DNA of 62,983 bases, filler included, from an uncultured Methanosarcinales archaeon (GTDB lineage: Archaea; Nanobdellota; Nanobdellia; Woesearchaeales; CALCXY01): the NCBI GenBank assembly GCA_964385185.1. It is 18 parts of 18 records of this genome, joined end to end, with 100 filler letters (N's around TTAATTAATTAA, not from the genome) between each part and the next. Parts side by side here need not be neighbours in the genome. Positions count along the whole stretch, not along the records: positions 28,749 to 32,106 come from CAYLOA010000056.1; positions 32,207 to 35,245 come from CAYLOA010000057.1; positions 35,346 to 38,354 come from CAYLOA010000058.1; positions 38,455 to 41,409 come from CAYLOA010000059.1; 14 more parts are not named here. One strand, written 5' to 3'. The first letter of the stretch is position 1. Each line of letters starts with the position of its first letter. The notes under the pieces are model-generated. The model saw nothing but the letters and a program-made list of their open reading frames with translations, was not told where the DNA came from and did not search any database. Positions 29,439 to 39,461 of the stretch are shown here, piece after piece. A program made the translations under genes and the position numbers.

Positions 29439-30203
29439 TTGAAGAAGAAATTTGACCAATATGCAGTTAAAGATGGCCTATCCATTTCGTTTAGGGATGA
29501 GCAAATCACACTTGAAAATATCAGTGAAGATTCGTATGTATATCGGCGTAAACATAAAGACGAGACCATTTCAAAAACGATATTTTCTTCAAAAAAAGGG
29601 GAAGTTAAGCTTGCTATCTATCCTGTCCGTCCCATTCAGATGCCTCGGCAGTTGGCCCACAATATCATGGTCAAACTTAATCCTCCCATAACACTTCCTC
29701 CCAACTCTCATGTTACTCATCATCTGACTATGCCAATCGAGATAGGCGTTTTCACAATCAGTAAAAAAAGTAACTACATGATTGATGCATTCTCTTTATC
29801 ATTCCCCAAATATGTGCTATATGGACAACCCAATATGGGGTATATCTGCAGACTTCACAACTCAATTATGTCTTCGAAAGAAAAGACTATGCAATATGAG
29901 GAAGCAGCAGTAATAATGAAGTTTCAGAATAAAAGCCCAAACTGGACTACTGTCAACAAAATAGTTATGGATGCCTATATGGTTGACCTCTATCTTGATG
30001 GTGACACAGTCTATCTTGAGGATTCCAATTTGGTGATTGAAGACGATGACGTTGCCTCACTATTTCTAAACAACAAACCTCCATTACGTGGCCTAAAGGA
30101 GGTACCTGTTGCTGCTGAAACTGTAAAGAAATTCCGGATAGACATCTTGGAGCGTACTGGTTTCGGTGTTGCAGGTAAATTCATAATGGAGCACGGGTAC
30201 TAA
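29439..30203 (+). CDS. DUF432 family protein
   Basis: YPVRPI, PIEIGVF, KYVLYG.P..G.ICR; typical partner upstream of archaeal MscS. Confidence 0.75.
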   Translation: MKKKFDQYAVKDGLSISFRDEQITLENISEDSYVYRRKHKDETISKTIFSSKKGEVKLAIYPVRPIQMPRQLAHNIMVKLNPPITLPPNSHVTHHLTMPIEIGVFTISKKSNYMIDAFSLSFPKYVLYGQPNMGYICRLHNSIMSSKEKTMQYEEAAVIMKFQNKSPNWTTVNKIVMDAYMVDLYLDGDTVYLEDSNLVIEDDDVASLFLNNKPPLRGLKEVPVAAETVKKFRIDILERTGFGVAGKFIMEHGY

Positions 30204-31015
30204 TGGACTGGATAAACACCATTATTCCTGGTCTTAATTTCACAGCAGGGCAACTGTTGTTTGCTCTTATTGTTATCGTAGTAGGTATTTTGATTGGTAG
30301 ACTTGCTAGAATGACATCTAGCAGAGTTCTTTCATCCGTTATGTCTGAAAATACTTCAAATCTAGTTCAACGAATAATATATTACTCCACGATTATCGTG
30401 GCAACACTAGCTGCTCTTTCATATTTGGGTATTGATTTTACAGGTGCGTTACTTGCAGGTGGAATACTTGGTATAGTAATTGGTTTTGCAACTCAATCGG
30501 TAGTTGCTAATCTGATATCAGGAATTTTTTTACAGATAGATAAACCGGTTTCAATTGGTGATCCAATTGGAATAATTGATGAGCATCTATATGGGGTTAT
30601 TCTTGAAATAAACATCTTGTCCACAAGTATACGAACATTCGATGGAGTGAATCTTAGAATCCCTAATGAGAGATTATTCACATCAAAAATACATAACTTT
30701 TCTAAATATGTTGCTCGTAGGGTCGTCATAACTGTAGGCATTGCATATCAAGAGGATATACAAAACGCAATAGATATGATTATAAAAATACTGAACGAAA
30801 ACTCACTAGTTTTGGCCGAACCAGCTCCACTTGTTTACGTGGATGAACTCGCCGATTCTTCGGTAAATCTCTCAGTCCGAGCGTGGGCTCCTTCTACTGT
30901 CTGGTTTGAGGTTCGAACTCAGATAGTTCAGCAGATCAAAAATATCTTGGATGAGTCCGGTATAGAGATACCGTTTCCACAACGAGTCCTTTGGCAAGGT
31001 GACTCTCAGGCTTAA
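30203..31015 (+). CDS. mscS: Small-conductance mechanosensitive channel
   Basis: GIVIGFATQSVVANLISG, IGD.I, RIPN, DELADSSVN, GIEIPFPQR. Confidence 0.95.
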   Translation: MDWINTIIPGLNFTAGQLLFALIVIVVGILIGRLARMTSSRVLSSVMSENTSNLVQRIIYYSTIIVATLAALSYLGIDFTGALLAGGILGIVIGFATQSVVANLISGIFLQIDKPVSIGDPIGIIDEHLYGVILEINILSTSIRTFDGVNLRIPNERLFTSKIHNFSKYVARRVVITVGIAYQEDIQNAIDMIIKILNENSLVLAEPAPLVYVDELADSSVNLSVRAWAPSTVWFEVRTQIVQQIKNILDESGIEIPFPQRVLWQGDSQA

Positions 31016-31068
31016 AGTTGGATGAATCGCAAAGAGTTGTGGTTAAAGTATTTGTGAAACTGTCTAAT

Positions 31069-31530
31069 CTAATTGGTTTTTTCAGTGAATGATGGATCTA
31101 GCGAAATCGTCTTCATCTCTATGAAAGTTTCGGTTCGAACGACTCCTTCTATTTGTCCTATGTTACCTGTTATTGATTTGTGTAGGTCATCCAGTGATTG
31201 TGCCATTATTTCTATTATGATATCAAATCTACCTGTTACCTCTTGAATTAATCTTGTTTCTGGAAACATTTTGATTTCCACAAGTATATTATTTCTATGC
31301 TTGATATCAGTGTTCAAACCTACAAGTGCTTTCATTGTGTATCCTAAGCTTTCCTCATTCACTACTACTGTAAACTTTTTGATGAGATTTCTACGTATAA
31401 GTCTCTTAATTCGGCTGTAGCATACAGAAGGATTCACATTTATTTTTTCGCTTAGTTTGGGTACAGAGATGCTGGCATCCTTAACAAGTGATTCTAGGAT
31501 TTTTCTATCAATATCATCAATTTTTACCAT
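31069..31530 (-). CDS. Lrp/AsnC transcriptional regulator
   Basis: IDDIDRKIL..L..DA, RIKRL, VTGRFD, IEGVVRTET. Confidence 0.95.
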   Translation of the reverse strand: MVKIDDIDRKILESLVKDASISVPKLSEKINVNPSVCYSRIKRLIRRNLIKKFTVVVNEESLGYTMKALVGLNTDIKHRNNILVEIKMFPETRLIQEVTGRFDIIIEIMAQSLDDLHKSITGNIGQIEGVVRTETFIEMKTISLDPSFTEKTN

Positions 31531-31640
31531 TTTTATCTACTTGTGCCTCTAACTGGACTTAAATGTTGTTAATAAATATAAATATCATATTATTAATTCG
31601 ATAAAAACTATTTTGTAACTGAAAATGATAGCTAATTTGA

Positions 31641-32105
31641 TTATATGTACCCTTTTGTAACTAATAGTTCCGCAACTAGCACTGCACCTTTGGCTGCGCC
31701 CATCTTTGTATTGTGAGTAACCAGAAGGTATTTCACTCCATTTTTTAGTACATCATCTACTCTTATTCGACCAATTGTTGTGGCCATCCCACCATATGCA
31801 TCACGGTCAAGACGGGGTTGTGGTCTATAGGGATCTTCTTGCACAACTATGAATTTCTTGGGTGCAGATGGTAATCCTTTATCTGCAAGAATTCCACTGT
31901 ATTTTTCTAATGCTTCTTTGATTCCTTTAATACTGCACTTTTCTTTGGTGGATATGAAAACACTTTCTGTATGACCATCTAAAACATTTGCTCGTGTACA
32001 TGTGCAACTAATGTTAAAATTAGCTGGTTTAACCCCTTTCTCGTTTAGTGTCCCTAGAATCTTTCGAGTTTCCTTCTGAACCTTCTGTTCCTCATTTGGA
32101 ATAAA
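31641..32105 (-). CDS. asd: Aspartate-semialdehyde dehydrogenase, archaeal type (5' truncated)
   Basis: Frame extends to edge: FIPNEEQK, CTRANVLDGHTE, LPSAP, RPQPRLDRD, HNTKMGAAKGAVL. Confidence 0.92.
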   Translation of the reverse strand, partial: FIPNEEQKVQKETRKILGTLNEKGVKPANFNISCTCTRANVLDGHTESVFISTKEKCSIKGIKEALEKYSGILADKGLPSAPKKFIVVQEDPYRPQPRLDRDAYGGMATTIGRIRVDDVLKNGVKYLLVTHNTKMGAAKGAVLVAELLVTKGYI

Positions 32106-32380
32106 TNNNNNNNNNNNNNNNNNNNNNNNNNNNNNNNNNNNNNNNNNNNNTTAATTAATTAANNNNNNNNNNNNNNNNNNNNNNNNNNNNNNNNNNNNNN
32201 NNNNNNGTCAGGGAAAGTTGTGTTTTAAGCCTTTAGAATAAAAGAGTATTTTATTCCATCTATTAATTCTCGCTTTCCAGTCATATTAATAATTTACCTC
32301 TACCCCATTAAAAAGACTATGAATTTTTTAGGCGAGTTTAAATCTACGAAAAAATTTTATTATGAGATTTGATGTATTTC

Positions 32381-32403
32381 AAAGTGCCACCTAAAGTGCC
32401 ACC
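32381..32403. repeat. Tandem 11-bp direct repeat (integrase arm-site-like)
   Basis: AAAGTGCCACC at 32381 and 32393, about 130 bp past the tRNA 3' end. Confidence 0.5.
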
Positions 32404-32531
32404 AGTATTTATGCTTATTTAGGGGTATTAAAGGGGTGAAGGCATTGCCCTGTCTGAAAGTACTATGACAACCAAATCATATACATTCCTTTATATAAAG
32501 GCCTCTCAGACATTACATTAACCTAAAGGAA

Positions 32532-32607
32532 TGGAGCGGGAAACGAGATTCGAACTCGCGACCTCAACCTTGGCAAGGTTGCGCTCTACCAACTGAGCTA
32601 TTCCCGC
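32532..32607 (-). tRNA. tRNA-Gly(GCC), bacterial, encoded CCA
   Basis: Reverse complement GCGGGAATAGCTCAGTTGGTAGAGCGCAACCTTGCCAAGGTTGAGGTCGCGAGTTCGAATCTCGTTTCCCGCTCCA. Confidence 0.98.
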
Positions 32608-32701
32608 ACGTTTGTTGATGGAGTTTCTTAAAGTTAAGCTAAGCAAGGGTTTCAAATACATTACAACCAACAACATTTTGATAATACCTCTTATTTATTA
32701 T

Positions 32702-32725
32702 AAGTGATACCAAAAGTGATACCAA
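32702..32725. repeat. Tandem 12-bp direct repeat (integrase arm-site-like)
   Basis: AAGTGATACCAA x2. Confidence 0.5.
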
Positions 32726-32757
32726 AACCTGCATGCTCTGCTGTTACTTTTTCCTGG

Positions 32758-33639
32758 TTATAAAGATCTCACAAAATCCAAATATTTTCCTGCTCGATCC
32801 TTCAGCATACTTTCCATTTCATCAACTTGGGTTGCAAAATGTATTAGTACGAGCTCGTCAACGCCAAGTTCTTTATACTGTCGAATCATTTCATGATCGT
32901 ATTCGATTCCGTACGGACTGGCATAGACATAAATGTCCTTCCTTGGACGTTGAGACTCTTCAAGCGCATCCTCCAGATCCTTAATCTGAGGAGCCAATTG
33001 TTCCGGAGTTGCTCCGATACCAAACCAACCCTGGCATTGATCCGCTACTCTCTTGAAGCTTGGTTTACTGTTCCCTGCAAAAATGATAGGTGGATGAGGA
33101 GTTTGTACAGGTTTTGGATAGAATCGAATAGGATTTAAATCATAGAACTCATCATGGTATTCAGAAATATCATCACACCACAAACGTTTAATTACTTCAA
33201 TATACGATCGAGAACGAGCACCGCGTTGTCCAAATGGTGCGCCAACAGCTTGAAATTCTTCAGCGAGCCATCCGAGACCAACTCCAAGAACCAAACGGCC
33301 GTTTGAAAGCCAGTCAACATTTCCCGCCTCTTTAGCTGTATAAACAGGATTACGTTGAGGTAGAACAATAACACCAGCGCCTAAACGTATCTTACTGGTA
33401 ATTGCAGCAAGATATGCGAGTGACGTAAATGTATCCAGCTCAATGTTGTCTTCGGGAAGCTCAGATTCCATCTTACCGTCCTCATTTAAGACATATTCTG
33501 AGTCGGTATTATCGGGCATTACGACATGCTCACCTACCCAGAGTGAATCAAAGCCCAGTTGTTCCGCAGTTGTTCCAAGTGTGTAAATAAACTCGGGAGT
33601 CGCATGACGGGTTAAAGGCACTAAAATTCCTAGTTTCAT
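32758..33639 (-). CDS. LLM class flavin/F420-dependent oxidoreductase
   Basis: AEQLGFDSLWVGEHVV, LAAITSKIRLG, LSNGRLVLGVGLGW..EEF, PKPVQ.PHPPI. Confidence 0.93.
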   Translation of the reverse strand: MKLGILVPLTRHATPEFIYTLGTTAEQLGFDSLWVGEHVVMPDNTDSEYVLNEDGKMESELPEDNIELDTFTSLAYLAAITSKIRLGAGVIVLPQRNPVYTAKEAGNVDWLSNGRLVLGVGLGWLAEEFQAVGAPFGQRGARSRSYIEVIKRLWCDDISEYHDEFYDLNPIRFYPKPVQTPHPPIIFAGNSKPSFKRVADQCQGWFGIGATPEQLAPQIKDLEDALEESQRPRKDIYVYASPYGIEYDHEMIRQYKELGVDELVLIHFATQVDEMESMLKDRAGKYLDFVRSL

Positions 33640-33708
33640 AAATTACTCCTTGTCCTTACATTAGCATTACTTGGTCCGTATATATCTCCATTACTAAACT
33701 ATCTTCTT

Positions 33709-35148
33709 TTAGCTGGACTCAATATCAGGAAAAACTGCATCTGAGAAAGCTTTAGTCAATTCACCATATGGACCCTTTAACGAAGCCATTAAAGGACTAT
33801 CATCTGTACATTCAAATACAGATTTTGAATGCGTATAGTTCAAAAAGCCTTCGCGGCCTGAGTGACAGCCTATCCCACTTGCTCCTGTTCCGCCAAAAGG
33901 CAAATTGGGCTCAGCTCCTTGAAGTCCAAATACATTTATCCCAATTCCTCCTGAAATAACCATTTGTTGGAAAGTTTCAATTTGGTCTCTTTCGCGTCCG
34001 ACAAAATACGCTGCCAATGGTCTAGCTCTAGAATTTATATAATCAATAGCTGATTCAAAGTTAGAATAAGTTTTCACAGCTGTTACAGGACCAAAGATCT
34101 CTTCTTGCATAACAGACAAAGAATCATCTGGTTTAATGACCAGATACATAGGTATCTGTCCTGTCGCTTTATCGGCTTCCTCTCCATTTAAAGATACAAC
34201 TTCGCAACCAGCTGATTTTGCTTCATCTATGTAAGACATAATTCTATCAAAATGATGGTCGTTTATTGTTCCCGTTGCATCATCATGGCCAATGTATGAT
34301 GGATACATTTCAGACCATTTTCTTTTAGCCATATCGACCCAATCTGACAGTTTATCTTCAGGAACAAGAGCATAATCAGGAGATGTACAAACCTGGCCAC
34401 CTTTAAAGACCCTGTTATACAAGAACCTTTCAACCAAAAGCTCACAAACACCCTCATCACTAAATAAGGTTGGGTTTTTTCCTCCGCACTCTAGAGTAAT
34501 TGGTGTAAGATTTTTTGCTGCAGCCTCCATAACTAATTTGGCTACTTTGCCGCCACCGGTATAAGTCAAGTGATCCCATGGTAAGGAACAAAAATATTCA
34601 GAAAAACTAATATCACCATTAACAACCGCTAATGTGTCATTATCAAATTCAGCACCAATAGCCTCTTCTAATAACGAGCTTGTAGCAGGAGTTAATTCAG
34701 AGCCTTTAACAATGACTCTGTTACCTGCTGCCAACATATCGTTAACCATAACTAGAGCACACTCTATAGGAAAATTCCATGGAGCCATATTACCCATTAC
34801 TCCTTTAGGTTGACGAATAACTTGAGCCGTAGAAGAACCATGAACCATTGAATTAAGTTCTCTATGATCAGTTTTCATCCAATCCACCAAAACAGCTTGT
34901 AGATGTCTTCCTCTGCCTAAAACACCTCCTGTTTCAAATAAATCTGTAACATGAGGAGAATGTGCTCTAAAATCTTCTTTTAGAGTTTTCTGAAAGCCAA
35001 CTCTATTTTTCATCATTGCACTTTCTAATCTTTGAAGCCTATCAATTCTTTCTTCAAGAGTTGGATATGAATTTTTACTAAATGCTTCTTTCTGGTTTTT
35101 AAAAAGCTCATCCAGTCTATCTGTTGTTGTACTCATTATTTTCTCCAA
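33709..35148 (-). CDS. Aldehyde dehydrogenase (coniferyl-aldehyde DH-like)
   Basis: APWNFP, LECGGKNP, GQVCTSPDY, EEIFGP, PFGGTGASGIG. Confidence 0.93.
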   Translation of the reverse strand: MEKIMSTTTDRLDELFKNQKEAFSKNSYPTLEERIDRLQRLESAMMKNRVGFQKTLKEDFRAHSPHVTDLFETGGVLGRGRHLQAVLVDWMKTDHRELNSMVHGSSTAQVIRQPKGVMGNMAPWNFPIECALVMVNDMLAAGNRVIVKGSELTPATSSLLEEAIGAEFDNDTLAVVNGDISFSEYFCSLPWDHLTYTGGGKVAKLVMEAAAKNLTPITLECGGKNPTLFSDEGVCELLVERFLYNRVFKGGQVCTSPDYALVPEDKLSDWVDMAKRKWSEMYPSYIGHDDATGTINDHHFDRIMSYIDEAKSAGCEVVSLNGEEADKATGQIPMYLVIKPDDSLSVMQEEIFGPVTAVKTYSNFESAIDYINSRARPLAAYFVGRERDQIETFQQMVISGGIGINVFGLQGAEPNLPFGGTGASGIGCHSGREGFLNYTHSKSVFECTDDSPLMASLKGPYGELTKAFSDAVFPDIESS

Positions 35149-35509
35149 TTTAATATTATTAGCTAATTATTCTCAACTAAACCACCACCTTTCAATCCAC
35201 AGAATGCAGAAAGAGTTAAACCCACAACACACATTAACAATAAAANNNNNNNNNNNNNNNNNNNNNNNNNNNNNNNNNNNNNNNNNNNNTTAATTAATTA
35301 ANNNNNNNNNNNNNNNNNNNNNNNNNNNNNNNNNNNNNNNNNNNNTTAGTCACTCCAAACTTACCTGATGTACGAATTGGGATTCAATATAAGCATATAT
35401 CACATGGTGTTGAATAGAAAATTATATACATTTCTGAGATTTTATTGAAAATCTCACCAAGAGATTTTCGTGGGGTTGAATACCCCTCCCTTTACAGGCT
35501 GTCTGACAA

Positions 35510-37081
35510 TCAGATTTCCAGGGGGAAAATTTCTGGAAAAAATGGATGCAAGCTGATTCTCCCTTTTACTTGGACTACTTGATGAATATTCTTTTTCCTA
35601 TTTTGCATTATAATCCATATTTTCTTCAAATTATGTGCGGCACATACGATATTAAATTCATTTTTTACTCCCTTTATGCCTCTTGTCAAAAATCCTCTAA
35701 CCCCAAGATTCTCTTTGTAATGTCCTATTACTCGTTCCACTACTTGTTTTCTTTCTTGGTATATCTTTTTTGCTTCTTGCGTTTGCATTTTCTCTTTCAT
35801 CTCTATTCTTTCTTGTTCAAAAGGATATTTCTTTATAATTCTTATTCCATCTTTCCTCTTGGTGCAGGACGTATGGTAAGGGCATGTTTTACATACTGTT
35901 CCTTTGTAAAGCCTAATAGTTTTCTTCTTATATTTATCAAAGCTTTCTGTTCGAAAAACCAACAATGTACCTTCAGGACAAATATATTCATCTTTTCTCT
36001 GATCGTATTTGAAGTTTCTTCTGTGAAATCTACTTATTTCAACTTCATTTCCCTTTGCTTTTTGGGACTCTTCTTGATCAGGCACATAACCATCTAACTT
36101 TTTTGTGTTAAGATAATGTATGTTCTTGCCGTTATAATAACCATTATCAATAGTTATTTTTGCCCCCTCTTTTAATTTACCACAGTTTTCTTCCGTAAGC
36201 TTAATTTGAGGCTCAAGTTGATGATGGTCGGTAGCCTCCTTGCATACATCATTAGCAATTATCATTCCGGTCTTATGATCTACTGTTATTTGGGGATTAT
36301 AAGATAACTCTTTCCGTCCCTTTTTATTTAACATAAACCTTGCTTCCGGGTCTGTTAAGCTAACTTTATCACATTCATATTCTTCTAATTCCTTTCTTGC
36401 TTCTTTAATCGTATTCTGTATGTTAGCAAGTTTATCCCCTTTATTTTTTTTAATCTGTTTGTAATATGCTGCGATTAATGACTTAATTTTTTTCTTATCA
36501 GTTTCTTTTAGCTGGTCGTAACCTCTACAATCTTTGAACTGCTTGTCTTCAACCTTATCAATTTCAATACCTTCTTTTAATTCATTATTGACATACTGTT
36601 CAATAACATCAAGCTGCTCTTTTGTAACAGTACTCTTATTTGTAGCACAAGCTTTAAGCTTAGACCCATCTACACTCAACTGATCAAGACCAATAGCCCC
36701 TAATTCTTTAGCAGTACTGACAGTTACCTTAAAGATATCCTTAAGTAAATCTACATTATTTTTTCTAAAATCGCTTATCGTTCTGAAATCTGGAGTTAAG
36801 TTTTCAGCTAAGTACATAAACACGACATTTTCACGAGCATTACGAGCAATTGCTCTAGATGAACGAACTCTATCAATCATGGACAGGGTTAAGATTTTGC
36901 AAATTATTCGTGGGTGATATGCAGGATGTCCTACACCTGAATATTTAATCTCAAACTTTGAAAAATCAAGTTGATCAACAATATCTTCAACCAAAAAACA
37001 AATATGGTCTTTCGGGATTATATCCAAGATATTTGGAGGTAACAACCAATTTTGGTCTTTATGAGATTTGATAAATGACAT
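35510..37081 (-). CDS. IS1182 family DDE transposase
   Basis: GHPAYHP, PDFRTISDFR, VDGSK, TDPEAR, YNPQ, DNGY, YICPEG, R...VERVIG..K. Confidence 0.95.
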   Translation of the reverse strand: MSFIKSHKDQNWLLPPNILDIIPKDHICFLVEDIVDQLDFSKFEIKYSGVGHPAYHPRIICKILTLSMIDRVRSSRAIARNARENVVFMYLAENLTPDFRTISDFRKNNVDLLKDIFKVTVSTAKELGAIGLDQLSVDGSKLKACATNKSTVTKEQLDVIEQYVNNELKEGIEIDKVEDKQFKDCRGYDQLKETDKKKIKSLIAAYYKQIKKNKGDKLANIQNTIKEARKELEEYECDKVSLTDPEARFMLNKKGRKELSYNPQITVDHKTGMIIANDVCKEATDHHQLEPQIKLTEENCGKLKEGAKITIDNGYYNGKNIHYLNTKKLDGYVPDQEESQKAKGNEVEISRFHRRNFKYDQRKDEYICPEGTLLVFRTESFDKYKKKTIRLYKGTVCKTCPYHTSCTKRKDGIRIIKKYPFEQERIEMKEKMQTQEAKKIYQERKQVVERVIGHYKENLGVRGFLTRGIKGVKNEFNIVCAAHNLKKIWIIMQNRKKNIHQVVQVKGRISLHPFFPEIFPLEI

Positions 37082-37086
37082 CTTAT

Positions 37087-37227
37087 TTACCTCCTTTTTG
37101 TTTTATTTTTTGGTTTAACAGGACCCAAATATGTACTGCGATGTTTTACTATACTGCCAATACGATAGCTTGTTCGCTCATATTTGTATTTAATTCCTTT
37201 TATTGTTTTTATCTCGATATAACTCAT
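37087..37227 (-). CDS. Small basic accessory ORF inside the IS (46 aa, not in ORF track)
   Basis: MSYIEIKTIKGIKYKYERTSYRIGSIVKHRSTYLGPVKPKNKTKRR with GAGGTGA RBS. Confidence 0.7.
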   Translation of the reverse strand: MSYIEIKTIKGIKYKYERTSYRIGSIVKHRSTYLGPVKPKNKTKRR

Positions 37228-37383
37228 GGGAAATCACCTCAATAATAGTTAGGGTGCACAAGTATATAAATATTATTGTTCTCGAGTATATAGATTAAGA
37301 ATTTGACAAGGGATCAGTTATTAATTGTCGGACAGCCTGTTTAGGGTGAGATTTTCAATCCCTCAAACTTTTCCAGTTTAATA

Positions 37384-37526
37384 GCGAGCCCAATACCTCA
37401 AGCGCTTAGAAACAAGTTTCTAACCCCTCAAGCAAAGCTTGAGATTTAGCTAGGGGATAGGGCTCGCAATATGTCAGGATGCAAAGCATCCTGAGCATGC
37501 TCAAAAGAGCTTTGCTCTTTTGACAT
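37384..37526. repeat. Two branched palindromic (REP-like) elements
   Basis: GCGAGCCC...GGGCTCGC enclosing TTAGAAAC/GTTTCTAA and CTCAAGC-AAA-GCTTGAG; ATGTCA...TGACAT enclosing TCAGGATGC-AAA-GCATCCTGA and TCAAAAGAGC-TTT-GCTCTTTTGA. Confidence 0.7.
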
Positions 37527-37647
37527 AAATAATGGGAAAGTTTGAGTTATTATCATGATGAAAGATACTGGTTGTTGTGAAAAGTTTAGATCATGACATT
37601 AAGGGGAGATAACATGGAAAGAATTATGTTGTGTTGTTTGCTGAGAT

Positions 37648-38073
37648 CTAGATCACTTTAGGTATGAACCTATATGGTACTTTTTTCATGTATCTTTTAT
37701 ATCTGTTGCCTAACTTCTTGACTAACAATTTCTCTTCTTTTTTAGCTCCTAATACAATTATCACTGTTGTAAGTATTGAGATGGTTAATGATATCAGATG
37801 ATTGAACGCTATTGATATGCCGAATGACGCTATCAATATGAATGCTAGAAAAGGATGCCTTATGTGGGAATATATTCCATCTGTTATCAATTGTGATTCT
37901 TGCTTCTGCCAGAACATCTCCCAATGCAGGTCTAGGATGACTGCTGCTAGTATGATAATAGCTCCAATTATTGCAGAGAAATCTGGAAGAAATGATATCT
38001 GTCTTGTAAAGAAGATCGATAATACGTTAATGACTAATAATGATTGATAGATCCCATAAGAGTATTTGTGCAT
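37648..38073 (-). CDS. Isoprenylcysteine carboxyl methyltransferase / PEMT-like membrane protein
   Basis: LITDGIYSHIRHP, EEKLL...G..Y..Y.KKVPYRFIP. Confidence 0.85.
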   Translation of the reverse strand: MHKYSYGIYQSLLVINVLSIFFTRQISFLPDFSAIIGAIIILAAVILDLHWEMFWQKQESQLITDGIYSHIRHPFLAFILIASFGISIAFNHLISLTISILTTVIIVLGAKKEEKLLVKKLGNRYKRYMKKVPYRFIPKVI

Positions 38074-38454
38074 AAGTGTTTTGAGAATTTGTTGTTTTTA
38101 TATTTAACTATAAGAATCTGTAATTGAATGTAGAATCTGGGGAATGATCCAGTCTTAATACTTTATCTGGAGGTGAAGGTCCTCCATCTCCTTTGCCTTT
38201 GTAATCAGCATCTCCTCGATTAACAATTATCCCAACACCCTGCAATTCAATATCCACATCACAATTTCTGCAGGTTAAAGTACCACCTATCCCTACAGTT
38301 CCTGTAGATTTTGCCGATCCTGCTCAAACTGATACTTATGGACGAAATCTTAGTNNNNNNNNNNNNNNNNNNNNNNNNNNNNNNNNNNNNNNNNNNNNTT
38401 AATTAATTAANNNNNNNNNNNNNNNNNNNNNNNNNNNNNNNNNNNNNNNNNNNN

Positions 38455-39040
38455 CAGCAGATACTTGAACAGAAACTTCTAAAGTACTTATATCTGTATT
38501 TGCATTAGGAAGAATATATTTTTGATCTGGATCACCGGTATTTGCTGTATATCTAAATGTTGAAGGTATCCCCTGGTTAAGATCTATACTATCTACAGTA
38601 TAAACACCATTAGCATTAATGTTTACTGAATGAGAATTAGAAGTACACCAAATATATGATATACCCGCTACCTCTCCCTGAAATTGTGTCCTTTTGGGAA
38701 TACTTATAGAACCGGGCCGGCCGGTTGGAGTAATAGTAAGTGTAACTGCGGCCAATGATCCTTGTGCTGAACGGGGCCGATAACCAAGATGTTTTGCTCT
38801 TGCTACAACAGAATTTCTAAGAGAAGCAGAATCTAAGAACATCTCATTGGCAACCATATTTGCATAATATGAATTATAATGAGTATTATATGCCATTATA
38901 TCAAGGAGAACATCAAAAGAAGATCCTTTAAAATTATATCCTACAAAATCAGACTGACTTGCTAAAAATCCTGTGAGATTTTCTTTGATCTTAGCGAAAT
39001 CTAATTCTGATATATTAAGTTTACCCTCTGAACTTGCCAT
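38455..39040 (-). CDS. T4 gp6-like baseplate wedge protein (3' truncated)
   Basis: LDF..IK.NL..FL..Q..F..YNF.GS, LLD.MAYNTHY, EMFLDSA.LRNSVV..AK.LGY.P. Confidence 0.92.
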
Positions 39041-39043
39041 GTG

Positions 39044-39436
39044 TTATGTCCTTTGTAAATAGACTTCTAATGAAGCTTCTTGTATATCATTATCTGGTAA
39101 ATAAACTATAATTACTTCATATGCATTTTCTTCTTCTTTAGCTTTTACAGTTATATTCGCTATTTTTGCTCTAGGTTCATATTTTTCTATAGTATGTCTA
39201 ATTGTCTTTTCTAACCTAGAAGTTGTAAGCTTACTGAAATTCTCAAATAAAAGAATTCCAATACCACTATCTACTGTTGGTTGAAATAATCTTTCATTTG
39301 CATTTGTACTTAATAGGTTTTTTATAGACCTACTAATAGCTGTTGATTTTTTGACAGTAGACAAATCTCCATGAGATGGATGTTTTGTAAAATCCATGTC
39401 AAAATCAACGTAATCTTTTCCGTATGTAGTAGCCAT
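39044..39436 (-). CDS. T4 gp25-like baseplate wedge subunit
   Basis: DF..HP..GDL, AI.RSIKNL..T...ERLFQP, LLFE, YEPR. Confidence 0.92.
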   Translation of the reverse strand: MATTYGKDYVDFDMDFTKHPSHGDLSTVKKSTAISRSIKNLLSTNANERLFQPTVDSGIGILLFENFSKLTTSRLEKTIRHTIEKYEPRAKIANITVKAKEEENAYEVIIVYLPDNDIQEASLEVYLQRT

Positions 39437-39449
39437 ATCTTGTTCTTAA

Positions 39450-39456
39450 TATTTAG
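39450..39456 (-). promoter_or_regulatory. Possible T4-like late promoter (CTAAATA)
   Basis: CTAAATA 13 nt upstream of the gp25 start; variant of TATAAATA. Confidence 0.45.
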
Positions 39457-39461
39457 TTAAA

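Larger units (their letters stand above)
35495..37339 (-). mobile_element. Complete IS1182-family insertion sequence
   Basis: Terminal IRs CAGGCTGTCTGACAAT / ATTGTCGGACAGCCTG (1 mismatch); TTTA direct repeats at 35491-35494 and 37340-37343. Confidence 0.9.
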
